Shown piece by piece: positions 25,617 through 34,437 of a stretch of 45,863 nucleotides of DNA. Source of the stretch: Atopobiaceae bacterium UBA7016 (GTDB taxonomy: Bacteria; Actinomycetota; Coriobacteriia; Coriobacteriales; Atopobiaceae); NCBI GenBank assembly GCA_002449555.1, contig DJXA01000106.1, forward strand, positions 1-45,863. Direction: 5' to 3'. The position numbers and the translations under genes are program-made. Positions within the stretch are counted from its first letter, which is position 1. Each line of letters begins with the position of its first letter. The notes under the pieces are model-generated. The model did not search any database, was not told the DNA's origin, and saw only the letters and a program-made list of their open reading frames with translations.

Positions 25617-26270
25617 TTGCGTGCGCTGGTGGTGGACGGCTCGCCGGAGCCGAGCTCGTCTGAGCTGGTGCAAAAGCTGGCTGCCGAGGCGGACTATGTG
25701 GTGGCTGCCGACCGCGGGGCCGAGGTGTTGCATGCGGCGGGGGTGAGGCCGCAGGTCTTCTGCGGAGACGCTGACTCGGTATCGCCGGAGGTTGCGGCGT
25801 GGGCGCATGAGCTGGCGGCCACGGACATTCGCTTTCCTTCTGAGAAGTACGCGACGGACCTGGCGCTGGCCGTTGACTGTGCTCGTCACGAGGCGGCGCG
25901 GCGGGGGGCCAGGCTGCAGCTGACGCTGACGTGTGCGACCGGTGGCAGGCCGGACCACCAGCTGGCGGTATTGGGGCTTTTGGCCGAGCACGCTGATGCC
26001 TCTCCACGTGTGGTGGAGGACGGCGTGGAGTACTGGATCTTGAGTCCGCAGGGCGCATCGGAGTGGAAGATTGAGCAGCCTGAGGCAACGTTTTCTGCCA
26101 TAGCGCTCCGTGAGGGAACGGTTATCTCGGAGCGAGGGTCGCGCTGGGAGCTGCTCGAGCAACGTATGGCCTTGCTGGGCGATCTCGGCATCTCAAACGT
26201 GACGGGCGCCGATGGCGCAACCGTCACCTGCCACGAAGGCGTCGTTGCGGTGTTTCTCATCTTGCATTAA
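25617..26270 (+). CDS. thiN: Thiamine diphosphokinase, 217 aa
   Basis: CGDADSVS (GDFDS-type), EKYATDLALA, TGGRPDHQLA, ISNV. Position next to rpmB is as in Bacillus. TTG start at 25617, uncertain. Confidence 0.75.
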   Translation: MRALVVDGSPEPSSSELVQKLAAEADYVVAADRGAEVLHAAGVRPQVFCGDADSVSPEVAAWAHELAATDIRFPSEKYATDLALAVDCARHEAARRGARLQLTLTCATGGRPDHQLAVLGLLAEHADASPRVVEDGVEYWILSPQGASEWKIEQPEATFSAIALREGTVISERGSRWELLEQRMALLGDLGISNVTGADGATVTCHEGVVAVFLILH

Positions 26271-26271
26271 A

Positions 26272-26313
26272 GCGAATGTTGACATTGCGGGGCCGCTTTC
26301 CGTCAACATTCGC
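26272..26313. repeat. 42-nt palindromic unit GCGAATGTTGAC-N18-GTCAACATTCGC with perfect 12-bp arms
   Basis: Arms at 26272-26283 and 26302-26313. Spacer ATTGCGGGGCCGCTTTCC. Starts 2 nt after the thiN stop. Same geometry as the units at 1471, 1524 and 42725. Confidence 0.85.
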
Positions 26314-26316
26314 ATA

Positions 26317-26350
26317 GAACGAAACGAAAAGGGCCCCCGGAGGGGCCCTT
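26317..26350 (-). terminator. Intrinsic terminator of rpmB
   Basis: AAGGGCCCC / GGGGCCCTT hairpin (26329-26350). On the minus strand it is followed by TTTTCGTTTCG (rc of 26318-26328). Confidence 0.8.
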
Positions 26351-26377
26351 AGTCCGACACCTTGATGTGTTCAGCCA

Positions 26378-26566
26378 TTAGGAACGAGCGAGGTTGCCCT
26401 TCTTGAGGCAGCGGGTGCACACGTTCATCTTCTTGGCGTGGCCCTCCTGCACGATGGTGACGCGCTGGATGTTGGGCTTGAACTTACGGTTGACCGTGCG
26501 GTGGGAGTGGCTGATGGAACGGCCGGCAACGGCGTGCTTGCCGCAGATTTCACAAACCTTAGACAT
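26378..26566 (-). CDS. rpmB: 50S ribosomal protein L28, 62 aa
   Basis: MSKVCEICGKHAVAGRSISHSHRTVNRKFKPNIQ. GGAGG upstream. Confidence 0.96.
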   Translation of the reverse strand: MSKVCEICGKHAVAGRSISHSHRTVNRKFKPNIQRVTIVQEGHAKKMNVCTRCLKKGNLARS

Positions 26567-26623
26567 GACTCAGACCTCCATAGGGCGGGCGGGACCGCGC
26601 CCGCAATTTCTACAAGCTGTACG

Positions 26624-26651
26624 AATATATCACAGCGTCACGAGCTTGCAA
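26624..26651 (-). promoter_or_regulatory. Candidate rpmB promoter
   Basis: On the minus strand: TTGCAA (26651-26646), 16 nt, TATATT (26629-26624), with TG one nt upstream of the -10. Confidence 0.45.
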
Positions 26652-26782
26652 GCGCAAACCACGACTTGTTGTGGTGGGTTTGTGGCGCAGCGCCACGTGT
26701 GGTGGCGCGAGTCGCTCCCCGCACGCTCGATTGCTGTCCGGTTAGGGTAGCACAATGCCCTCAGAAGACGAGGGGAGAGACG

Positions 26783-27340
26783 ATGGAGCGCAGAGCATGG
26801 ATACAAACCGCATACCGCCATCTTGAGAAGACGGGTGCCGCGGCGCCGCAGGCGGTCGTGGCCCTGTGCCGCGTGTGCGCTGTGCTCCTGGTCGCTGACC
26901 TCATCTGGTTTGGCGTCATGAACGATGGGGTGCGCTCGGCGGCTCCGGGCATCGTGCGGGCCGAGGCGCTGGCGCGCTTTGAGGAGGGCATGTCGCAGGC
27001 AGATGTTGCGCTCGTTGAGGCCTCGTATTCGGCGCCCAACACCTCGGGGGTGCGCCACTTCTCCGGAGATCCGGCGCAGCTCCATCCGCTGTCACGGCTC
27101 TCGCGTGCCTTTTCGTGCGCCGCGGCGGGGGAGAGCGTAAACGTGCGGGCAGGAACCATCCGTGTGCAGGACGAGTACGAGGCGCAAGGCCTGCCGCGCA
27201 CGTTCCTGCGCCTGCCATACCTCATGCAGGGCGCCCACGACCTCGCTTCGTGCGTCGCGCTTCTGCTCTGTGCCAAGCACGGCCGCGCCATCATGAGCTA
27301 CCTGTATCAATTCGTGTCATCGCGTTTGCCGAGCGACTGA
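26783..27340 (+). CDS. Hypothetical protein with one hydrophobic span, 185 aa
   Basis: ATG at 26783 after GAGGGGAGAG. High GC3 in this frame, while the antisense ORF is Arg/Ser/Ala-rich. No recognisable motif. Confidence 0.55.
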   Translation: MERRAWIQTAYRHLEKTGAAAPQAVVALCRVCAVLLVADLIWFGVMNDGVRSAAPGIVRAEALARFEEGMSQADVALVEASYSAPNTSGVRHFSGDPAQLHPLSRLSRAFSCAAAGESVNVRAGTIRVQDEYEAQGLPRTFLRLPYLMQGAHDLASCVALLLCAKHGRAIMSYLYQFVSSRLPSD

Positions 27341-27413
27341 GTGCGGTATACTCCTTTGTATTCGTGCGTCGGTTGTCCGAAGTGGGCCTCCGCGCTCTGT
27401 GAGAGGAGTAGTC

Positions 27414-27758
27414 ATGACTCAGGCCGTCACCGGAACCCTGAAGGTTTCCAACGACTGCATCGCTGATCTTGCGGGTTACGCCGCGCTGGAGTGCTACGGC
27501 GTCGTCGGAATGGCGATGTCCGATGCCGAGAATGGCGTCACACGCCTGCTGCCCTTCAATCGCCTGCGCAACGGCATTGGGGTCGCGATGGAAGATGGTC
27601 GCATCGTGGTCGATATCCATGTGGTGCTGGAGCATGGCGTGAACATGTCGTCCGTGTCCGCCAACCTGGTGAGCTCGGTCAAGTTCATCCTGAAGCAGAT
27701 TGCCGAGCTCGACGACGTCGAGGTTCGCGTCCACATCGAGGGCATCCGCACCCGCTAG
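27414..27758 (+). CDS. Asp23/Gls24-family envelope stress protein, 114 aa
   Basis: ATG at 27414 after GAGAGGAG. IADLAGYAALECYGVVGM and the typical length. Upstream TATACT at 27347-27352. Confidence 0.88.
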   Translation: MTQAVTGTLKVSNDCIADLAGYAALECYGVVGMAMSDAENGVTRLLPFNRLRNGIGVAMEDGRIVVDIHVVLEHGVNMSSVSANLVSSVKFILKQIAELDDVEVRVHIEGIRTR

Positions 27759-27802
27759 GGCGCAACCGTCCGGCTCAACACAGATTCAGAGGTTCTCATA
27801 CC

Positions 27803-29482
27803 ATGATTGCATCTACCATTCGCGCGTGCTTCCCCGCTGCCGCCAAGGTCGTCGCCGACAAGGCGGACGAGATCAATAAGCTCAACGTCTTCCCCGTGCC
27901 TGACGGCGATACTGGCACCAACATGTCGCTGACCCTGCAGACGGTGGTGGGCGAAGTCGAGGCGCTTCCTGCTGACGCCACCACGGCTGACATCGCGCAT
28001 GCCATCACCCACGGCTCCCTCATGGGTGCCCGCGGTAACTCGGGCGTCATCACCAGCCAGATTCTGCGCGGCATCGCCGAGGGCCTGGCCCAGTCCAAGA
28101 ACGACCCGGCCACCGTCGCAGACGTTGCCGCCGCGCTGCGCAACGGCGTGAAGGTTGCCTTCAAGGCCGTCCGCAAGCCGGTGGAGGGCACCATCCTCAC
28201 TGTGCTGCGCGACGTCTCGGCCCGCGCCGACCAGCTTGAGAAGCAGAAGGTCACCCTGGACGAGCTGCTTGACGCGCTGGTGGTTGAGGCCTACGAGTCG
28301 GTGGCCCGCACGCCCGACCTGCTGCCCGTTCTGAAGGAGAACGGCGTGGTGGACTCCGGCGCCTTTGGCCTGGCCACCTTCATCGAGGGTTTCGTCAATG
28401 CCTATCAGGGCCGCGCCGGCGAGGTCTCTGACTTCAAGACCACCGTCACCACGGACGACGCCAAGCAGACCGTCGCCAACGTGGTGGACATCGAGATCAA
28501 CGACGACTGGGAGGGTTCGGAGTACCGCTACTGCACCGAGTTCCTCTTCCACGCGGACAGCACCGACTTTGACGAGGACGCCAACCTCCGCTACCTCAGC
28601 AGCATGGGCGATTGCGAGCTGCTGGTTGGCGCCAACCCCGACTACAAGATTCACGTGCACACCAACCGTCCTGACCGAGTGCTGCGCCACATGCTGCACC
28701 GTGGCCAGATCTTCAATGTGTTCGTGCACAACATGGACCTCGAGGCGCAGGAGCGCACCGAGGGCATCCGTGCCGACAAGGAGTCTGAGGACGCTGGCGC
28801 CCACTTCGCACCGCGCAAGAAGCTGGGCTTCGTGGCCGTTGCCGCGGGCTCGGGCCAGGCAGAGATCCTGACCTCGCTGGGCGTTGACGTGGTTGTCTCG
28901 GGCGGCCAGACCATGAACCCGTCCACAGCCGACATCCTCAAGGCCATCGAGGAGTGCAACGCCGAGCAGGTCATCGTGCTGCCCAACAACGGCAACATCC
29001 GCATGGCTGCCGAGGCGGCGGTCGAGGCGTGCGACACGTGCGAGGCTGCCGTGGTCGTCACCAAGACGGTGCTGCAGGCCTTCACGGCCATGTTCTCGGC
29101 AGACCTTGAGGGTGACCTCGAGGACAACGTCGAGGCCATGAGCGATGCCATCGCCGACGTGCGTGGCGGAGAGATCACCACGGCCGTGCGTGACTCGCAG
29201 GCGGCTGACGGCAGCCCCATTCACGCAGGCGACGTCATGGGCATCCAGGATGATGCCATTACCGTGGTGGGCTCTGACGTGCAGCAGGTAACGCTCGACG
29301 TTATCGATCGCATGCAGGACGAGGAAGAGGGCGACACCCTCACCATCCTTGCCGGTGCGGACCTTGACGACGACGCGTTTGCCGAGCTGGTCTCTGCCAT
29401 TGAGGAGGCCCAGCCCGACCTTGAGGTTGACGCGCACCGCGGCGAGCAGCCCCTGTACCCCGTCATCTTCTCCATCGAGTAG
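27803..29482 (+). CDS. DAK2-domain fusion protein (YloV-like), 559 aa
   Basis: LNVFPVPDGDTGTNMSLT, GARGNSGVI, and a DegV-like C-terminal half. Follows asp23 and precedes recG as in Firmicutes. Confidence 0.9.
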   Translation: MIASTIRACFPAAAKVVADKADEINKLNVFPVPDGDTGTNMSLTLQTVVGEVEALPADATTADIAHAITHGSLMGARGNSGVITSQILRGIAEGLAQSKNDPATVADVAAALRNGVKVAFKAVRKPVEGTILTVLRDVSARADQLEKQKVTLDELLDALVVEAYESVARTPDLLPVLKENGVVDSGAFGLATFIEGFVNAYQGRAGEVSDFKTTVTTDDAKQTVANVVDIEINDDWEGSEYRYCTEFLFHADSTDFDEDANLRYLSSMGDCELLVGANPDYKIHVHTNRPDRVLRHMLHRGQIFNVFVHNMDLEAQERTEGIRADKESEDAGAHFAPRKKLGFVAVAAGSGQAEILTSLGVDVVVSGGQTMNPSTADILKAIEECNAEQVIVLPNNGNIRMAAEAAVEACDTCEAAVVVTKTVLQAFTAMFSADLEGDLEDNVEAMSDAIADVRGGEITTAVRDSQAADGSPIHAGDVMGIQDDAITVVGSDVQQVTLDVIDRMQDEEEGDTLTILAGADLDDDAFAELVSAIEEAQPDLEVDAHRGEQPLYPVIFSIE

Positions 29483-29490
29483 CCAACCGC

Positions 29491-31650
29491 ATGTCTGAAG
29501 GCGCGACCATTGCCGAGGCAGCCGAGCGCGTCTCGCGAACCTGCTCGCTTGCCGACGATGCGTCGCGGCTTCGCTATGTGTCGGGGGCGCGCCGCGAGGC
29601 GCTCACCCGCCTGGGCATCTCGCGCGTGCGCGACGTGCTGCTGCATGTGCCGCGGCGCTATCTGGACTTCACAAACGTGCTGAAGGTTGCGCAGGCTGAC
29701 GTGGGAAGCGACGCCACCGTAGTGGTGACCGTCGACCGCGTGCGCCTAAAGCGCCCCAAGCCGCGCATGCAGATCGTTGAGGTAGACGCCATGGACGAGA
29801 CGGGCGTCATCCAGGCAACGTTTTTCCGCCAGCCCTGGATTGCCGACCAACTGCACCAGGGCGACGTGGTGGCCCTGTCGGGCAAGGTGACCTTTGGTTA
29901 CGGCTTCAAGCAGATGAAGTCCCCGTTCCACGAGGTGCTTTCCTCGGCGGGGGAGACGAGCGGCTATGCGCGCGTGCTGCCGGTACATCCAGTGGGCGAG
30001 GGCATCACGGCCTCGTGGATGCGGCGCATCGTTGCTGCGGCGCTGGAGGACGCAGGCGACGTGTGCGACGCGCTTCCTGCGTCTCTGGTGGTGCGCCGCG
30101 GCCTGATGAGCGAGGCGCGCGCCCTGCGTGCGGTGCACTATCCGGCAACGCTCGAGGAGGCCGGGGAGGCGCGCCGTCGCCTGGCGTACGACGAGCTTCT
30201 GTGCCTGCAGCTTGCCCTGCTGACGCGTCAGCGCATCGAGCTTGCGGGTGTGGAGCCGTACCGTCATGTGACGTCGGGTCCGCATACGGATGCGCTGCTT
30301 GCGGCGCTGCCGTTCTCACTGACGGACGAGCAGCGTACGGCCGCTGACGAGATCTTGCACGACATGGCATCGGGCCACGTGATGAACCGCCTGCTTCTGG
30401 GCGATGTGGGCACCGGCAAGACGGCCGTTGCGGCTGTGGCCATCGCCGCGGTTGCCGACTCGGGCACGCAGGCGGCGGTTATGGCCCCTACCTCGGTCCT
30501 GGCTCGCCAGTACGCTGAGAAGCTGGGTCCGCTCCTTGATGAGGCACATATCACGTGGGCGCTCGTCACGGGCGCTACGCCGCCGGCGGAGCGCGAGGAA
30601 CTGGTGGCGAGCATCGCCGCGGGCACCATCTGCGCCGTCTTCGGCACCACGGCCATTCTCTCTGATGACGTCGCCTTCGCGCGGCTGTCGCTGGTGGTGA
30701 TTGACGAGCAGCATCGCTTTGGCGTCAATCAGCGCGTAGCACTGCGTGCGAAGGGCATCGGCGCCGACTTACTGACCATGACGGCCACGCCCATCCCGCG
30801 TACGCTGGCGCTATCCGTCTACGGCGACGTTGACTGCTCGCGCATCACCAAGCGGCCGAAGGCAGGTGCCGGCGTGACCACCAAGGCCCTGACGCCCGAG
30901 AACCTGGACGTTGCCTACGGCGCCATACGAGACGCCGTGGCCGCGGGGCACCAGGCCTATGTGGTGTGCCCGCTGGTGGACGACAGTGATGATGGCTCAG
31001 AGCTCGACGACGTGCCCGAGGCTTCGCGCTCGAACGCGACCAAGCTGCACTCCGCCACCGCAACGGCCACAGACCTGGCGCGGTCCGTCTTTCCGGGCAT
31101 GCGCATCGGCCTGCTGACCGGCCCGATGTCTGCCGCCGACAAGGACGCGGCCATGTCCGCCTTCCGCGCGGGAGAGATTGACGTGCTGGTATCCACCACC
31201 GTCATCGAGGTGGGCGTGGACGTGCCTAACGCTACGGTGATGCTCGTGCATGACGCAGACCGCTTTGGCCTGGCCACGCTGCACCAGCTGCGTGGCCGCG
31301 TGGGCCGCGGTGACTTTGCCGGCCAGGTCTACCTGGCGTGCGCCGCTCGAAAGGGCACGCCGGCACGGCAGCGCCTCGATGCGCTCGAGGCCACCTCTGA
31401 CGGCTTCGAGCTGGCCGAGCTCGACCTACGTCTGCGCCACGAGGGCGAGGTGCTGGGATATCGCCAGCACGGAGGCGTCTCGCTGCAGATCTCTGACCTT
31501 GCGGCTGACGGCGACCTCGTCGAGTGGGCGCACCTCGATGCGCTGGCTTTGGCAGACCACGATCCGGCGCTTGCCCAGGCTGACCACCGAGCGCTGGCGC
31601 TTGAGATGCGCGACCGCTTCGGCGCGTACTTTGAGGAGGTTGAGCGCTGA
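29491..31650 (+). CDS. recG: ATP-dependent DNA helicase RecG, 719 aa
   Basis: N-terminal wedge region, GDVGTGKT, VIDEQHRFG, QLRGRVGRG. Confidence 0.95.
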   Translation: MSEGATIAEAAERVSRTCSLADDASRLRYVSGARREALTRLGISRVRDVLLHVPRRYLDFTNVLKVAQADVGSDATVVVTVDRVRLKRPKPRMQIVEVDAMDETGVIQATFFRQPWIADQLHQGDVVALSGKVTFGYGFKQMKSPFHEVLSSAGETSGYARVLPVHPVGEGITASWMRRIVAAALEDAGDVCDALPASLVVRRGLMSEARALRAVHYPATLEEAGEARRRLAYDELLCLQLALLTRQRIELAGVEPYRHVTSGPHTDALLAALPFSLTDEQRTAADEILHDMASGHVMNRLLLGDVGTGKTAVAAVAIAAVADSGTQAAVMAPTSVLARQYAEKLGPLLDEAHITWALVTGATPPAEREELVASIAAGTICAVFGTTAILSDDVAFARLSLVVIDEQHRFGVNQRVALRAKGIGADLLTMTATPIPRTLALSVYGDVDCSRITKRPKAGAGVTTKALTPENLDVAYGAIRDAVAAGHQAYVVCPLVDDSDDGSELDDVPEASRSNATKLHSATATATDLARSVFPGMRIGLLTGPMSAADKDAAMSAFRAGEIDVLVSTTVIEVGVDVPNATVMLVHDADRFGLATLHQLRGRVGRGDFAGQVYLACAARKGTPARQRLDALEATSDGFELAELDLRLRHEGEVLGYRQHGGVSLQISDLAADGDLVEWAHLDALALADHDPALAQADHRALALEMRDRFGAYFEEVER

Positions 31651-32234
31651 TGAGAATCGTTGGCGGCATGTGGCGAGGCCGTCCGCTTGAGGCCCCCGAC
31701 GGCCGCGACGTGACGCGCCCCACGACGGACCGGACGCGCGAGCAGATGGCCTCGATGGTGCTTTCTGCCTTTGACCTCGACCTTTCCGAGGTGCGCGTCC
31801 TCGATGCCTTTGCCGGCAGCGGGGCAATCGGCCTTGAGCTGCTCTCGCGCGGCGCGGAGCACTGCACGTTTGTGGACGCCGACCGCAAGGCCGTCGCGCG
31901 CATCAAGAGAAATGCCTCCTCGCTGGGCGCATCTCGCGCGCAGTATGATGTGGTGGGTGGTGACGCCACTAAGCTCGTGCAGCGCGGGGCGCTGGTGGGC
32001 TCGCCGTTTTCGCTCGTGGTGCTCGACCCGCCGTATGCCATGCCCGCAGAGGACGTGACGAAGCTGGTAGACACCCTGGCGGAGGGCGGCATGCTGGCGC
32101 CTAAGGCCTTGGTGCTGTATGAGCGAGCGTCATCCGGCGCGCAGATCACGCCTGCCGGCGCCACGCAACTGAAGTCAAAGTCGCACGGCACGACGGCCGT
32201 CGACCTCTTACGTATGGGAGATTCCAATGAGTGA
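31650..32234 (+). CDS. rsmD: 16S rRNA (guanine966-N2)-methyltransferase RsmD, 194 aa
   Basis: RPTTDRTREQMASM and VVLDPPYA. Its ATG overlaps the recG TGA by 1 nt. Confidence 0.9.
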   Translation: MRIVGGMWRGRPLEAPDGRDVTRPTTDRTREQMASMVLSAFDLDLSEVRVLDAFAGSGAIGLELLSRGAEHCTFVDADRKAVARIKRNASSLGASRAQYDVVGGDATKLVQRGALVGSPFSLVVLDPPYAMPAEDVTKLVDTLAEGGMLAPKALVLYERASSGAQITPAGATQLKSKSHGTTAVDLLRMGDSNE

Positions 32235-32751
32235 GCTCAAGCTTGTTCAGCATGTGGTGGTCCCCGGCACCTTCGACCCCATCACGTATGGGCACCTCGA
32301 CGTGATTGCCCGTGCCCGCCGTCTGTTTCCGCAGGTGACGGTAGCCGTGGCGGCTTCGGTGGGAAAGAACGGCACGGGACCGGTCTTCTCGCTCGACGAG
32401 CGCGTCCAGATGATTCGCGACACGCTGGCCGAGAGCCAGATTGTCGAGGGCGTGGAGGTGCTCCCATTCACAGGGCTGCTTATGGATTTCTGCCAAGAGA
32501 TTGGCGCGGGCGGCGTCGTGAAGGGCCTGCGCGCCATGACCGACTTCGAGTACGAGCTCCAGCAGGCCGACCTCAACTATCGTCTGCGTCCGGGTATCGA
32601 GTCCATCTTCGTCATGGGCAGCCCGGAGTTTGGCTACGTGTCGTCCTCCATCGTGCGCGAGCTGGCGTATCTGGGCTCTGACGTGAGCTTCCTCGTGCCG
32701 TCGGTGGTGGAGCGGCGTCTGCATGAGCGCTTCGGGGAGCCGCGCAAGTAG
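32227..32751 (+). CDS. coaD: Phosphopantetheine adenylyltransferase, 174 aa
   Basis: VVPGTFDPITYGHLDVI and SSSIVRE. Overlaps rsmD by 8 nt. Confidence 0.95.
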   Translation: MSELKLVQHVVVPGTFDPITYGHLDVIARARRLFPQVTVAVAASVGKNGTGPVFSLDERVQMIRDTLAESQIVEGVEVLPFTGLLMDFCQEIGAGGVVKGLRAMTDFEYELQQADLNYRLRPGIESIFVMGSPEFGYVSSSIVRELAYLGSDVSFLVPSVVERRLHERFGEPRK

Positions 32752-32954
32752 AGGCGGGACACCGTGCCGTGTTGTGCGGTCGGTTCTGGAGGATAGGCGG
32801 CTGTGCGGGCTCGCTCATCGTGCTCATTTGCCGAGAAAACGGCAATATGGGCCCACACATGGGCAAGTCTGCTATTCTTTCAACTAATTGTGGCCAATGA
32901 GTAGCAGCGCAGGCCATGATGGCGTTCCTATCACCGCGCGAAAGGAGTCCTGGG

Positions 32955-33452
32955 ATGCAGCCAGGAGAGGAGATCGAGAGCTTGGTCAATGAGCTCGAGC
33001 AGATCGTGAGCGAGGCCAAGTCGCCCCTGACTGGTGGCGCCAATCGCAAGATCATTGACGCACAGGACGTGTACGAGATTCTCGACGAGATCCGTCGCGT
33101 GTTCCCGCAGGAGTTTGCGGACGCGCGCCGCATCGTACGCGAGGAGCACGAGACGCTCGAGCGTGCCCAGCAGCAGGCCGACGCCATCGTTGCCGACGCT
33201 CAGCAGCAGGCCATGGTGCTCGCCGGTGACCAGGAGGTCGTCCGTCTTGCCCAGCTGCAGGCCGAGCAGATTCGCGACAACGCGCAGCAGTATGAGCGTG
33301 ACACCCGCTACAACGCCGAGGAGTATGCCGACACGGTGCTGGCTCACCTTGAGGACAACCTCAAGTCCATCACCAACTCGGTCACGCGCGTGCGCCAGAC
33401 GCTGAACGAGAACGCTGGTCCGCGCAACACCTCCAACAACGTCGCGTGGTAA
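32955..33452 (+). CDS. Coiled-coil protein (ATP-synthase b/H-subunit-like heptads), function unknown, 165 aa
   Basis: ATG at 32955 after GAAAGGAG. Gln/Ala/Glu-rich helices (ERAQQQADAIVADAQQQA...). Conserved position upstream of yceD-rpmF. Confidence 0.7.
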   Translation: MQPGEEIESLVNELEQIVSEAKSPLTGGANRKIIDAQDVYEILDEIRRVFPQEFADARRIVREEHETLERAQQQADAIVADAQQQAMVLAGDQEVVRLAQLQAEQIRDNAQQYERDTRYNAEEYADTVLAHLEDNLKSITNSVTRVRQTLNENAGPRNTSNNVAW

Positions 33453-33458
33453 TAGTTG

Positions 33459-34025
33459 ATGGAGCAGGTTATTGCGGTGCTTGACGAGCGCCTCGCCAAC
33501 CCGGGGGACACCCTGCCGGTTGTGGGGCACTTGGACGAGCCTTCGTACAGCTTGGGCGACCACGACTTCACGTTGCCGCAGGGCATTGACTACGATCTGA
33601 TGCTCACCAACGCGGGTGAGGGCATCCTGGCAACAGGAATGCTGCGTGCGCGCGTCGAGGGCGTGTGCGACCGTTGCCTTGAGCCTGCGAGCTTTGACGT
33701 GGCGGGCGAGGTCGACGAGTACTATCTCTTCGAAGAACCTGACGAGGCGGCCTATGTCGACGACGAGGACGAGGAGATGGACTTCTCCCTGGTGGGGGAT
33801 GACAATACCGTTGACCTGACGGATGCGCTGTTCTCGGCGCTTCTGATGGAGACGCCGTACGTGGTGCTGTGTCGTGAGGACTGCAAGGGCCTCTGCCCGG
33901 TGTGCGGCGCCAACCTCAACGAGGAGGACTGCGGCCACGCCGCGCAGATTGAGGCCGAGCGCGAGCAGGCGCGCCTTGAGGCAAGCCCGTTTGCGGCCCT
34001 GAAGGACCTGAAGCTGGACGAGTAA
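33459..34025 (+). CDS. yceD: YceD/DUF177 family protein (large-subunit rRNA accumulation), 188 aa
   Basis: CDRCLEP...CREDCKGLCPVCGANLNE...PFAALKDL. Immediately upstream of rpmF. Confidence 0.88.
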   Translation: MEQVIAVLDERLANPGDTLPVVGHLDEPSYSLGDHDFTLPQGIDYDLMLTNAGEGILATGMLRARVEGVCDRCLEPASFDVAGEVDEYYLFEEPDEAAYVDDEDEEMDFSLVGDDNTVDLTDALFSALLMETPYVVLCREDCKGLCPVCGANLNEEDCGHAAQIEAEREQARLEASPFAALKDLKLDE

Positions 34026-34075
34026 CGGCGTCAAGTGTGGCTCCCACCTCGCGTCCTGTGGGGTAATCGTGATGG

Positions 34076-34104
34076 GTGCCACATGGGCATTTCTGTGGTA
34101 TAGT
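34076..34104 (+). promoter_or_regulatory. Candidate rpmF promoter with extended -10
   Basis: GTGCCA (34076-34081), 17 nt, TATAGT (34099-34104), preceded by TGg. Confidence 0.4.
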
Positions 34105-34180
34105 GCTTTCTTGCGTGTCTAGAAGGCAAGACCGCCCGCGCATGGCGCAGGCGTGAAGTGATTGGTAAGAGAGGTTCAAG

Positions 34181-34360
34181 ATGGCAGTTCCTAAGCAAAA
34201 GAAGGGCCGCGGCGCTACGCACACCCGTCGTTCGGCTAACAGCAAGCTCGCCGCTCCCGCGCGTTCCACGTGCCCGCAGTGCGGTGCTCCCAAGCTTCCG
34301 CATCACGTGTGCCCCAACTGCGGTTTCTACAAGGACCGCGAGGTTGTCGTCACCGACTAA
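34181..34360 (+). CDS. rpmF: 50S ribosomal protein L32, 59 aa (absent from the ORF track)
   Basis: ATG at 34181 after AAGAGAGG. MAVPKQKKGRGATHTRRSANSKLAAPARSTCPQCGAPKLPHHVCPNCGFYKDREVVVTD. Confidence 0.93.
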   Translation: MAVPKQKKGRGATHTRRSANSKLAAPARSTCPQCGAPKLPHHVCPNCGFYKDREVVVTD

Positions 34361-34392
34361 CGGTTGACGCACCGTTCATATGAATGGATTGG

Positions 34393-34419
34393 AGGTCGAC
34401 CCGTAAGGGTCGACCTTTT
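34393..34419 (+). terminator. Intrinsic terminator after rpmF
   Basis: AGGTCGACCC, loop GTAA, GGGTCGACCT, followed by TTT(C). Confidence 0.75.
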
Positions 34420-34437
34420 CCACGTTAGGGAGGTCGC

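Noticed and set aside
34158-34367. 69-aa track ORF overlapping rpmF.
   Set aside because: It is out of frame with the clear L32 reading frame (34181-34360), which has the SD and the conserved CPxCG...CPNCG motifs.
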